Shown: positions 12,398 through 23,262 of the stretch, piece by piece | Position numbering within the stretch: position 1 is the stretch's first letter | How the letters are laid out: each line of letters begins with the position of its first letter | NCBI RefSeq assembly: GCF_032444005.1 | Contig: NC_091282.1 | Span: 247,690,001-247,754,000 of the forward strand | DNA from: Ranitomeya imitator | Lineage: Eukaryota | Length of the DNA: 64,000 nucleotides | Direction of reading: 5' to 3' | Notes under the pieces: model-generated | What the model was told of the DNA's origin: nothing | The model's database searches: none | Seen by the model: only the letters and a program-made list of their open reading frames with translations | Program-made: the position numbers and the translations under genes

Positions 12398-13401
12398 AAA
12401 ACAAAGGGTTCTCCCCGAGTTTAATTGAAACCCTTATGAAAAGTAGGAAGCAAATAACCACAACAATCTACGCTAGGACCTGGCGAAAGTTTCTGGCCTC
12501 TTCTGATTTCAATTTAGAAGAAGGAATACCTATAAAACAAATCTTAGAATTCCTGCAAAAAGGCTTAGTTAGGTCTATCCACTAGTACTTTAAAGGTACA
12601 GGTCTCGGCCCTAGCGGCTCTATTCTCCTGTAACATCGCCAATAATTACTGGATCTCAAGGTTCATTAAAGCATCTTGTAGGTCTAGACCCATACATAAA
12701 GATAGATCTATGCCTTGGGATCTCAACTTAGTCCTATCAGCATTGGCTAAAGAGCCGTTTGAACCTTTACGATCAGCTTCAATTAAGGCCATATCCCTTA
12801 AGACAGCATTTCTTGGAGCAATTACATCTGCCCGTAGAGTAGGAGACATACAAGCTCTCTCCAGGGTTTCCCCTTATACAGAGTTTCTACCAGACAGAGT
12901 AATCCTCAGACCGGACCCAGCCTATTTACCAAAAGTATCATCACGGTTTCACAGGTCACAAGAGATAATTTTACCATCCTTCCTCCCCAATCCTGCTAAC
13001 CCTAAGGAAGAACTACTCCATACATTAGACGTTAGGAGATGTCTGCTAGAATACATCTGTTACTGACACATGGAAGAAAGATGATGCATTATTTTTCTTT
13101 CCAAAATCCTAGAAAGGGACTCAGGGTATCAAAGTACACGCTAGCAAAGTGGATTAGGGAGGCTATCTCTTTGGTTTATGCTGCAGGTGGGGGTCCGGCT
13201 CCGCAGAATCTGAGGGCGCATTCCACCAGGGCCATGGCTACGTCCTGGGCGGAAAAATCTGGAGTATCAATCGACCAGATATGTAAGGCGGCCACATGGT
13301 CATCCCCGTCCACCTTCTTTAAACACCATAGGTTGGATTTGGGGGCTTCCTCTGATCTCACATTTGAGTTAAGGGTGCTACAAGCCATAGTCCCTCCCTA
13401 A
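11977..13401 (+). pseudogene. DIRS-C ORF3: tyrosine recombinase overlapping ORF2, disrupted
   Basis: SARRVGDIQAL and LRAHSTRA motifs. Frameshifts near 12570, 13050 and 13090. The expected catalytic Tyr (HY in DIRS-D) reads HH. Confidence 0.9.
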
Positions 13402-13423
13402 GGTACCTTACATCTCTGTAATT

Positions 13424-13507
13424 CTCTCGTCGTGCTGTCATGGGAGTCCGAGTAAAGCATTAAGCTACTTACTGGTAGCGGCATTTCTCGGAGGCCCATG
13501 ACAGCAC
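13424..13507 (+). other. DIRS-C internal complementary region (ICR)
   Basis: 13424-13456 is the reverse complement of 8260-8292, and 13457-13507 is the reverse complement of 13753-13803; the halves join at AAA, complementary to the TTT core. Confidence 0.97.
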
Positions 13508-13673
13508 CCTTAGTTCCCTCCCTATTCATGTGGGGGTTGCACTTCCTATAGATGTATATATCTCACATATGATACCCAGTTCCAAATATATGGCTGAAAT
13601 TTTGTATATAATCTGTATATAGTGTATATTTTTGTGCCACTAACCGCGGTAGTCCTCTCAAGACTCTGAAATA

Positions 13674-13806
13674 CAACTGAGGCAAGGGAGAGGTACCGCC
13701 CTTTTGTATCTGTAGGTTTCCTGTTCCTAATGGGCGGATCCCCTCTCTCGTCGTGCTGTCATGGGCCTCCGAGAAATGCCGCTACCAGTAAGTAGCTTAA
13801 TGCTTT
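13674..13806 (+). repeat. DIRS-C right inverted repeat plus right extension
   Basis: 92-bp inverted repeat, then a 38-nt extension ending ...AGCTTAATGC followed by TTT. Confidence 0.96.
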
Positions 13807-16681
13807 TCCAGTCTATCCCTCCAGACAGCACCACAAGAGGTAGTCCTTCCTTGACCTATGATGTGACCGGATCAAAGACCAGTTAAAAACCCCTTCCCAC
13901 CTCCACCTGACAGTGTTTTTTCCTATCCCCATGAGGGACAGATGCATGAGAGGCTCATAGGAAGAGCAGAAAAAATCTTCCTGATCAGTTGAGCAGGAGC
14001 TGCTGGATGTGGAAGTCCTAGCATTTCTCTCTCTCCTTCCTCTTGCAGCAGGGTCCGGAGGCTGACGCCTCACTGAACAAGAGGACCCTCAGCTTGCAAG
14101 TAGAGCTGTGGCTCCTGGTTTAAGCCACTTCCCCCTCAGGGGGATCTCTGCTCTTACATCCATTCCCTTACGGCACTATCCAGAGGCTGACATCTCGCTG
14201 AATAAGGGGTCCCTCAGCCTGCCAATAGAGCTGGTGTTCCTGGTTCAAGCTGCTTAGCCCTTCGGGAGGGGCTCTTGGCTCGCGGTCATCCATTTCCTGG
14301 TCGGGTTACAGGGAGCAACATGTAAGTCTCTATTACCCGACCTGCGTTCCAGCATGGATCGCACTTTGGGGAAAGGCGAATCACTGCTTAAAGGGGGAAG
14401 GCCGCTCCTGACAATGCAGATGGAAGACAGGTGAGAGGTAAACTATTGTACTTCTGGGCCTGAGTTACCAGTGCAGCAAAACAGCCATAATTGGAGAAAC
14501 AAAGCACTAGTGGAGAATCTTCCCTGAAGGAAACGTTCTTTTATCTGGCTATAGAGGATGATCCTGTCTCAGTTGCAGTACGGTTGTACAGATATCACTT
14601 AAAGGATCTTGTGCTGTGCCCTCATTTATTTGCATGTATATACGTATATGGCACAATTGATGGTAACAGCATTAATTTAGGCCACATTTAGAGTCCAGAC
14701 TCGCTGTGTCGTTAACCTCAATACCACAGTAATGATCCACATTGCTCTATCAGGTGTTCTGATGATGATCCAATGTTGGCAATGACAGGGGATGTACCGG
14801 CCAAACTATATATTTCCATAGTGTCCAGCCACTTGCTTGAGAACTAGAGATTTAAAGGGAACCTGCCACCTGAATTTGGCGGGACCGGTTTTCGGTTATA
14901 TGGGCGGAGTTTTCGGGTGTTTGATTCACCTTTTCCTTACCTGCTGGCTGCATGCTGGCCGCAATATTGGATTGAAGTTCATTCTATGTCCTCCGTAGTA
15001 CATGCCTGCGCAAGGCAAGATTTCCTTGCGCAGGCGTGTACTACAGAGGACAGAAAATGAACTTCAATGCAATATTGCGGCCAGCATGCAGCCAGCGGGT
15101 AAGGAAAGGGTGAATCAAACACCCGAAAACTCCGCCCATATGACCGAAAACCGGTCCCGCCAAATTCAGGTGACAGGTTCCCTTTAAGGATTCAGAATAG
15201 ACGTCTGTGGACTCCTGGGTGTATAATGGATAAGCATCCCAATGCTCTGCCCATTTATTCACCCGTTTAGAGATTGTAATTCCTATATGTCCAAAGGTCA
15301 ATAAATGTTAGACACTTCAAACAGCACCATTCCTTACCCTGGTAATGATTATGGGTGTATTGGCACCTTATTACCCCTACTTGGATATATTTGCATAGTT
15401 TGGTGTACATCTATGGGACCATTTTTTTGAGTGCTTTGTCTTTGTGGGGATACTATTGATATATAGCATAGAGCATTGTTGTTCCTGCATCTTTACAGCC
15501 TCCCTGTATAGAGTATCCTTAACGGAAAGCAGTATTATTGATTTTTTTTTTTTATTTTTTTTTTCTGCACCCTCATTTAACCCACTAGCGCTGATTGGCA
15601 CCTCCATACTGCACAATATAAACTATTCTTAGCTCTTTTTTTGGAGGTTTATTGCCTTGTGTTTTTTAGTCTTATTTTGTCTTTTTATTGAATAACAATT
15701 TATTTTTTAATTTTATCATTTGTGAGTTGGAGTCCCTTCTCTTCTAATGGCAATGGAATTCAATAGACTATGATGATGTATATTAAGGGATTGGTCTAAT
15801 CTACTTGGTCCTGCAGGACTCCTTGTGATTTGGTATGATGGTCTTTAATCAAGGTATAGTCGGAGCCTGGAAGAAGCACGTGAGGTTATTGGTCTGCAGC
15901 AATCCTCATGGTGGTTGTGGCGGTGGCTTTCACCATATTTCTGCTGTGCAATAAGAGGTGTTTGAGGTCTATTCTATGGTTGCGATAGTTAGAAGTATAA
16001 TCTGTCCAACAATCACTGCTGTTCATTATTGGTGTTTGGGTACAACAGTGGAGACTTTCTCTCTCTGTTTCTGCTGTATAATTAGTCTACCACATTTATA
16101 CTGAATATTTGTCATTACAGACATATATCTGACACTTGCTACCGTGACTTATCTTTGCATAATTGTCTATATTTTCTTCTGGTTTTACAAGTCATTTACC
16201 ATATCTAACCTAGTTCTGCCCAGGACTTCGGTTCTTTATGGCTTCTGTACCCACCCTGGTGCTATTTCTCTGGTACTAATCCTGTGGTGCTGTCCGGAGG
16301 GACGGACTGGTAAAAGGGAATTAGACCTACAGGTAATTTGGTTTCCATGTTTCCTCAGGTCAACACTCTTATTTTCCCTCCCTTATGTTTAACTGTGGCT
16401 TGCACAAGATCGTTTTTCCTGCACATCGTTCATGAATCAAGTCGCCATGGCTCTAGCTGGGACTGTTAAACGGTTATCTTGCATACGAGTTTCTAGTTGC
16501 TCTTGTAGACAGTTTGCATCCATCCTTTGGTGGTACTTTGAAAAACACTAGAATGTGGAGGTGGGAGAGGCCTTTTAACCTCTCTCTGATCCTGTCATAG
16601 GTCAAGGAAGGACTACCTCCTGTGATGCTGTGCTGAGGGACTTCTGTAAACCGAATTTCCGGTAGGTCTAATTCCCTCTTT
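13804..16681 (+). mobile_element. DIRS-B: non-autonomous DIRS-type element (2.9 kb)
   Basis: Left repeat 13816-13906 is an imperfect inverted match to 16555-16640. The ICR at 16281-16344 is complementary to both the left terminus and the right extension (16648-16676). No gag, pol or recombinase ORF recognised. Confidence 0.82.
14856..15183. mobile_element. Fully palindromic Kolobok/T2-like MITE
   Basis: TTAA flanks (14852-14855, 15184-15187), AGGGAACC...GGTTCCCT termini, and arms complementary over the whole ~328 bp. Confidence 0.85.
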
Positions 16682-17591
16682 CACTCTGTTAGGAAGACAG
16701 TCATTCATTACTTAGAGGCTACCCAGGATTGGAGATAGGACTCCAATTTGTTTATCCAACATGGGGTAGGAACAGAGGAAAGGAAGCATCTTAGTCTTCA
16801 ATCACAAGGTAGATTAGATCCACAATAGACCTGGCTCATTCAATAGAAGGGAACCCCCCCCCTCCACCTGAAGTTTTAAAAGCTCATTTGACTAGAGCAG
16901 TGTCCACATTCTTGGCAGAAGGAGGGGGGGGGCTTCAATATATCAAATCTGTAGGCCTGCAATATGGTCCAACCTGAGGACTTGTTATCAGGGCAGCAGA
17001 CTGTTTTCAGTAGGGAGATTCTCCATGCAGTTGTCCTGCCATAATGCCACACTCTGGTATTCTCCTTGGTTCTGTCAGGAGGGATGCCCTGAAAAATGGT
17101 AATTAGACCTGCTTGTATTTCTAGGCGTCCATCCTGACAGTGCGGTTAGATTCCCACCCTTGTAACATTTTCTATCTTCATGTGATTTTACGTTTGTTTG
17201 AGAAGATTTGTACTTGGAAAAGACACTGAAGGGTGGGGATGGAAGGATAAGCTATAGCTCAGATAAATGGTTAAAGGGCTTGTTCAGCACCTAAAATGTA
17301 TTTGCTAAATATCTATCTTTACTCCCCAAGCACTCTTTTATGAGTTTCTTTATTATACAATGTCTTACACTTTTTCCTGTGTAGCTAATCTCTAATTGTG
17401 GGGTTTTTTGTTTGTTTGTTTTTTTAGAACTGTTCTTCCTGTCAAGTTTTATTTGAGAGGAGTCTCAATATATATATAATTTATTGCTTGTCCTATATGT
17501 TTAACTACATCTCGACTGCTCATAAGCTATAACATCCGGGCTGTCCACACTTTGCTCTGCACTTACCTTCTAAAACTTCAGTGAAGAGTAA

Positions 17592-18348
17592 AGGTACCTT
17601 CACACATAACAATTTCGTTAACGATATCGTTGCAACGTCACGCTTTTTGTGACGTAGCAACGATCCCGCTAACGATATCTTTGTGTGACAGCGACCAACG
17701 ATCAGGCCCCTGTTGGGAGATCGTTGGTCGTGGGGAATGATCAGGACCTTTTTTTGGTCGCTGATCACCCACTGTCATCGCTAGATCGGCGTGTGTGACA
17801 CCGATCTAGCGATGTGTTCACCTGTAACCAGGGTAAACATCGGGTTACTAAGTGCAGGGCCGTGCTTAGTAACCCGATATTTACCCTGGTTACCATTGTA
17901 AAAGTAAAAAAAAAAACAGTACATACTCACATTCTGATGTCTGTCACGTCCCCCGTCGTCAGCTTCCCTGCACTGTGTCAGCGCCGGCCGTGAAGCAGAG
18001 CACAGCGGTGACGCCGGGGGACATGACAGACATCGGAATGTGAGTATGTACTGGTTTTTTTTTTTGGGGGGGGGGGTTTTACTTTTACAATGGTAACCAG
18101 GGTAAATATCGGGTTACTAAGCGCGGCCCTGCACTTAGTAGCCCGATGTTTACCCTGGTTACCCAGGGACTTCGGCATCGTTGAAGACAGTTTCAATGAT
18201 GCCAAAGTCTTTCCCCAGATCGTTGGTCGCTGGAGAGAGCTGTCTGTGTGACCGCTCCCCAGCGACCACACAACAACTTACCAACGATCACGGCCAGGTC
18301 GTATCGCTGGTCGTGATCGTTGGTAAGTCGTTTAGTGTAACGGTACCT
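17592..18348. mobile_element. Harbinger-like MITE, AGGTACC family
   Basis: TAA on both sides, AGGTACC...GGTACCT termini, internal hairpin modules; related to 38728-39123 and 42418-43119. Confidence 0.85.
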
Positions 18349-19204
18349 TAAGAAGCCTGCAGGAGAAAGTGCAAATACTGGGATGGAGACACGGTTGTTG
18401 GCCACAGCCGGACTCACCACAAAGAAGATAAACGTGGTTTATTACCAAGTTTACCTTTTTCAATCGCAATATGCATAGCAATGAAGTACCTCTTGTGTAT
18501 ACAGATTAGGAAGCATTGACAGCTCCTCCTTCTCTGGAGTGATCGTGTGATAGCCGGGTGTAGGGACGGAGCAGAAGCTGCTTGATCCTAGGAGACCCAG
18601 TAAACTCTGATATGCAGGCAGGAGGCAGAATTTCCCCTGTAACTGAGGTTATCATAACAACCTCAGTTACAGAGTTAATCTACAATAATTAGAATGTATT
18701 AATATGTTAAAATGCTCCCAAAGGTCTTTAAAGATCTTATGGGGGTGTTCAGTGTGTGAAATAAAAAGCAAAAATAAAATAGAAAAAAAAGCATTAAAAA
18801 AAAATGAATACAATAAAATGAAAGTTCCTGGCTTTGCTTCCAACATCATTGAGCCTCTGAAGCCGGGTGTACGCATCCTGGCTTCAGAGAGGCACACTGC
18901 GCATCATCAGAAGTGCAGAAGACTTTCGATCATGCGCGGTGTGACTCTGAAGCCAAGACTCGTACACCCGGCTTCCAAGGTTCAATGAAGTGTGGGAGCA
19001 AAGCCGCGGCCGAGATTTGTATAGCGCTGATGCCGGCTCTTGTAAGTCATGTATCCTGGAAAAATACTTTGACTTCTCAGCTGTTTAACCCCAGAATAAT
19101 TGCATAAACGCCTATTAATATATTGTCCCTGTAGTTGCTGGGTTTTTTTCAGATATCGGAGGGGAACATTTAAACAAAAAGTAATAACAATGTATTATAT
19201 TAAA

Positions 19205-20505
19205 ACCCCTCCTCGACCTCTGCCGTACTATTACAGCGGAGGTCGGGTTCTCTGCTTTGATGCTTCGGTGGTGAGCCCACCTCAAAGCCGGGACATGTCG
19301 GCTGTTTTTGAACAGCTGACATGTGCCCGCAATAGCGGCGGGTGAAATCGCGATTCACCCGCCGCTATTAACTAGTTAAATGCCGCTGTCAAACGCTGAC
19401 TGCGGCATTTAACCGGCGCTTCTGGCCGCACGGCCAGAAATGATCGCATCGCCGACCCCCCCCCCCCCCCCCCGTCACATGATCTGGGGTCGGCGATGCG
19501 TCAGGATGGTAACCATAGAGGTCCTTGAGACCTCTATGGTATGGTTACTGATGGCAGCCTGCTGTGAGCGCCACCCTGTGGTCGGCGCTCAGAGCAAGCC
19601 TGGAATTCAGCTACATAGCAGCGATCTGATGATCGCTGCTATGTAGCTGAGCCGATAGAGTTACGCCAGCTTCTAGCTTCCCATGGAGGCTATTGAAGCA
19701 TGGCAAAAGTTTAAAAAAAAATGTTTTAAAAAATATGAAAAAAAATTTTTAAAAAAAGTTTATATCACACCCCCTTTCGCCCCATTCAAAATAAAACAAT
19801 AAAAAAAATCAAAGCTACACATATTTGGTATCGCCGAGTTCAGAATCGCCCGATCTATCAATTAAAAAAAGTATTAACCTGATCGCTAAACTGTGTAGCG
19901 AGAAAAAAATTTGAAACGCCAGAATTACGGGTTTTTTGGTTGCCGCGACATTGCATTAAAACGTAATAACTGGCGATCAAAAGAACGTATCTGCACCATA
20001 ATGGTATCATTAAAAACGCCAGCTCGGCACGCAAAAAATAAGCCCTCACCTGACCCCAGGTCACAAAAAATAGAGACGCTACAGGTATTGGAAAATTGCG
20101 CAATTTTTGTTAATTTTTTTTTTTTTAGCAAAGTTTGGAATTTTTTTTAACCACTTAGATAAAATATAACCTAGACATGTTTGGTGTCTATGAACTCGTA
20201 ATGACCTGGAAAATCAAAATTGCAGGTCAGTTTTAGCATTTCGTGAACCTAGCAAAAAAGCTGAACAAAAAACAAGTGTGTGATTGCACTTTTTTTGCAA
20301 TTTCACCGCACTTGGAATTTTTTTCCTGTTTTCCAGTACACGACATGCTAAAACCAATGATGTTGTTGAAAAGTGCAACTTGTCCCGCAAAAAACAAGCC
20401 CTCACATGGCCATATTGACGGAAAAATAAAAAAGTTATGACTCTGGGAAGGAGGGGAGCGAAAAACGAGAACGCAAAAGCGGAAAAGGGCAAGGTCGTGA
20501 AGGGG
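19205..20505. mobile_element. Non-autonomous piggyBac-like (TTAA) element
   Basis: Right end GTCGTGAAGGGG followed by TTAA; degenerate left end ACCCCTCCTCGACC; interior similar to 56978-60702. Confidence 0.7.
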
Positions 20506-20633
20506 TTAAGCCTTGTATATTGAAGGGGGGGAAGCAAAATGTATTTTGAAATTTTTTTTTTTTTCTTTTGTGCCACATAATAGTACGTGTACGGGAACAA
20601 CAAAAATGCGCCTGTTCAGCAATAGGGAAGTAT

Positions 20634-20971
20634 GGCTAGGTTCACACTTGCGTTGTGCAGTCCGTTTAACAAATCCGTTAAACGGACTGCACTAACGCAA
20701 GTGCCGACTTTGGCACTGCGCTAGCGCAGATGGAGCATCTGCTAGCTCCATTTGCGCTAGCAGTGACTGACCTGGAAACGCTACAGCCCGCGTCTCGGGG
20801 CCGTCACTCAATGACTGCACATCGCTAGCGCATGCCCATTGTGGGCGTGCGCTAGCGATGCGTTCGCCATTGAAAGTAATGGCGGCGTTAACGGACTACG
20901 TTACACCGCGTTATGCCGTGGTGTAACGTAGTCCGTTAAACGGGTTCACACAACGCAGTGTGAACCCAGCC
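20634..20971. mobile_element. Harbinger-like palindromic MITE, GGCTAGG family
   Basis: GGCTAGGTTCACAC...GTGTGAACCCAGCC termini; related to 30644-30979; right flank TTA, left flank TAT. Confidence 0.8.
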
Positions 20972-22106
20972 TTAAACTTAATGGATATTCGGCTGCTGCC
21001 CTAAAAAGCTGTAGTCGTGATGTCTTTCACCTATGCTTGATTTTCTACACATTCATCCTTGGAATCAAAGGTTCACCAGGGTAATGAGAAATGTCTAGAA
21101 GGTAGAATTTGGTAGTTGATGATCCATTGGATTGTTGAAATGGCAGTTCCGTATTTTGTGCTTAATCCATGAAGAGCGCTGCTTACAAGCTTCTCTAGAG
21201 GATGTACCCTTCCTGACACTTCCCATCAGAGCATATGATATGCACAGCCTTAGCCTAGCAAGCAATGTGCATCATGCGAACTGATTCATGCGAAGTATTC
21301 CAAAAGGAGAAGGATGCATGGATTTATTTGGCCTCCATACCCACCCTGATCATGCTGTAAGCCTGCTGTTATATAAGCCCAGGACACAGCCAACAGGGTA
21401 TGAAAATCAGAAATCTCGAAGACTCTGAAAACGAGAGCACTCAGCTCTTCTGCTATGGCTCAGACGAATAGTTAAAAGGGATGGTCCTGCACCTAAAATA
21501 TATTTTCTAAATATGTCTTTACCCCCCAAGCACTCATTTGCATTATTACACAATGCCTTACACTTTTTCCTATCTAGCTAATCCCTAAATGTGTTTTTCT
21601 TACTGTACTTCCTGTCAAGTTTCATTTGAGAAGAGTCTCAAACGTAATGTTATAGGTGCATCCTCTAAAGTCGTCCTGAGTAATGGATGCTGTGGGAGAG
21701 GTGAGTGCAGCGCCAGCACTCATCTTCTTTCACAGAACCTGTGGCAGCGATGGATGCGGTAATCGGGGTGGAGATAGACACCAGTCCCTCTCCACAGCTT
21801 CTAGTACCACCCTCAAATGATTCAGCAACAGAGGGTGGTGATGAATGCAGTGAGTGACACCGCGCCCATCCCCTGATGACGAGCATACTCTCGAGTTCTG
21901 CAGAGGTCATTGTCAGTAGTGGATCCCATTTGCTTACAGCTTTTCATTTCAATCCTTTCTGTTTGTGGTGCTGAGAAAATTGCTGAAATAAGTCTCTAAA
22001 GAACAAAGTATCAATGTATTATGTGGCTCAGAGGCCAATTTTATTTTAATATATAGTGTCAGTTAAAAAATTAAAATCCCAAATTGAAAAAAATGGATTT
22101 TAGGTA

Positions 22107-23221
22107 CCGTATATACTCGAGTATAGGCTGACCCGAGTATAAGCAGTGACCCCTAATTTTGCCACAAAACTGGGAAAACTTATTGACTCAAGTATAAGCC
22201 TAGGGTGGGAAATGGTACATTTCAAAAATAAAAAGATACCAATAAAAGTAAAATTAATTGACATCAGTAGGTTAAATGTTTTTGAATATCCATATTGAAT
22301 CAGGAAGCCCCATATAATGCTCCATAAAGTTCATAATGGGCCCTATAAGATGCTGCATTCAAAATACGCCCCATATAATGCTGCACAAAGGTTAATAATT
22401 GCCTCATATGCTGCTCCATAAAGGTTGATGGCCCCATAAGATGCTCCATAGAATAATATGCCCCATATGCTGCTCCATAAAGGTTGATAGCCCCATAATA
22501 TGCTCCATAGAATAATATTTCCCGTATTCTGCTGCAATTTAAACAAAAAACAAACATACTCACCTGGCCAGGTGCCGGTGTCCTGAGCAGGCGGGGACAT
22601 CAGCGCACTATGGGAGCCAGGTACCGGAGTCGCCGCTGGCTCAGGCCCTTGGCACTTGCGATATTCACCTGCCCCCGTTCCACCGCCGTGTCTTCTGGGT
22701 CTCGCAGTGATTGTTCAGGCAGAGGGCGTGCACTAAACATGTCATCGCCCTCTGACCTGAACGTCACAGCCAGAGGATGCGGAAGACACAGTCCGGTGGT
22801 GGAACGGGGACAGGTGAATATCGCATGGCTCACCCTTCCCCCGTCATACTATGTGGTCTCTGCACTTCCCTGCATCGTCCCAGGGCCTGCAGCTCCTTCC
22901 AGTGCTGAGCGGTCACATTGTACCGCTCATTACAGTAATGAATATCCGCTCCACGCCTGTGGGAGTGGAGTCGCGTCCATATTCATTACTTTAATGAGCG
23001 GTACTACATGATCGCTGAACACAGGAAGAGCTACTGGCTCTGGAGACCATATGAGAAGCGGAGACCTCGCCAGGAGGGGGTGAGTATGATGTGACAGCAG
23101 CCACTCCTGCCCCTCCCCCGCCGACCCCCCTGGGACAATGACTCGAGTATAAGCAGAGAGGGGCACTTTTAGCCTAAAAAAAATGGGCTGAAAATCTCTG
23201 CTTATACTCGAGTATATATGG
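22107..23221. mobile_element. TA-flanked non-autonomous Tc1/mariner-superfamily element (CCGTA termini, Tc2-like) with an internal minisatellite (~22310-22520)
   Basis: TA flanks and CCGTATATACTCGAGTATA...TATACTCGAGTATATATGG termini. Confidence 0.75.
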
Positions 23222-23262
23222 TAATTAAATGTAAACATTAATTTACCCATTTTCTCTCAATA

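Larger units (their letters stand above)
8260..13806 (+). mobile_element. DIRS-C: structurally complete DIRS1-type retrotransposon
   Basis: Identical 92-bp inverted repeats (8272-8363 and 13674-13765), an internal complementary region matching both termini, TTT at both ends (8260-8262, 13804-13806), and gag, RT/RNase H/methyltransferase-like and tyrosine recombinase frames. Confidence 0.97.
1513..17150 (+). mobile_element. DIRS-A: degenerate DIRS1-type retrotransposon in three pieces (1513-2593, 5975-8259, 16679-~17150)
   Basis: Gag zinc finger (RRCAIC...KPLCENC), gag body (2029-2590, 5988-6191), RT/RNase H remnants (6213-7530) and recombinase (8040-8259). The recombinase resumes at 16679 (FHSVRKTVIHYLEATQDW...KAH.TRAVST...LHAVVLP*). 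An ICR-like sequence follows at ~17070-17145. Many stops and frameshifts; both termini not found. Confidence 0.85.

Noticed and set aside
21660-21760. GAG|GTGAGT donor and nearby CACAG acceptor as a possible ANAPC7 exon
   Set aside because: No frame gives APC7-like sequence.
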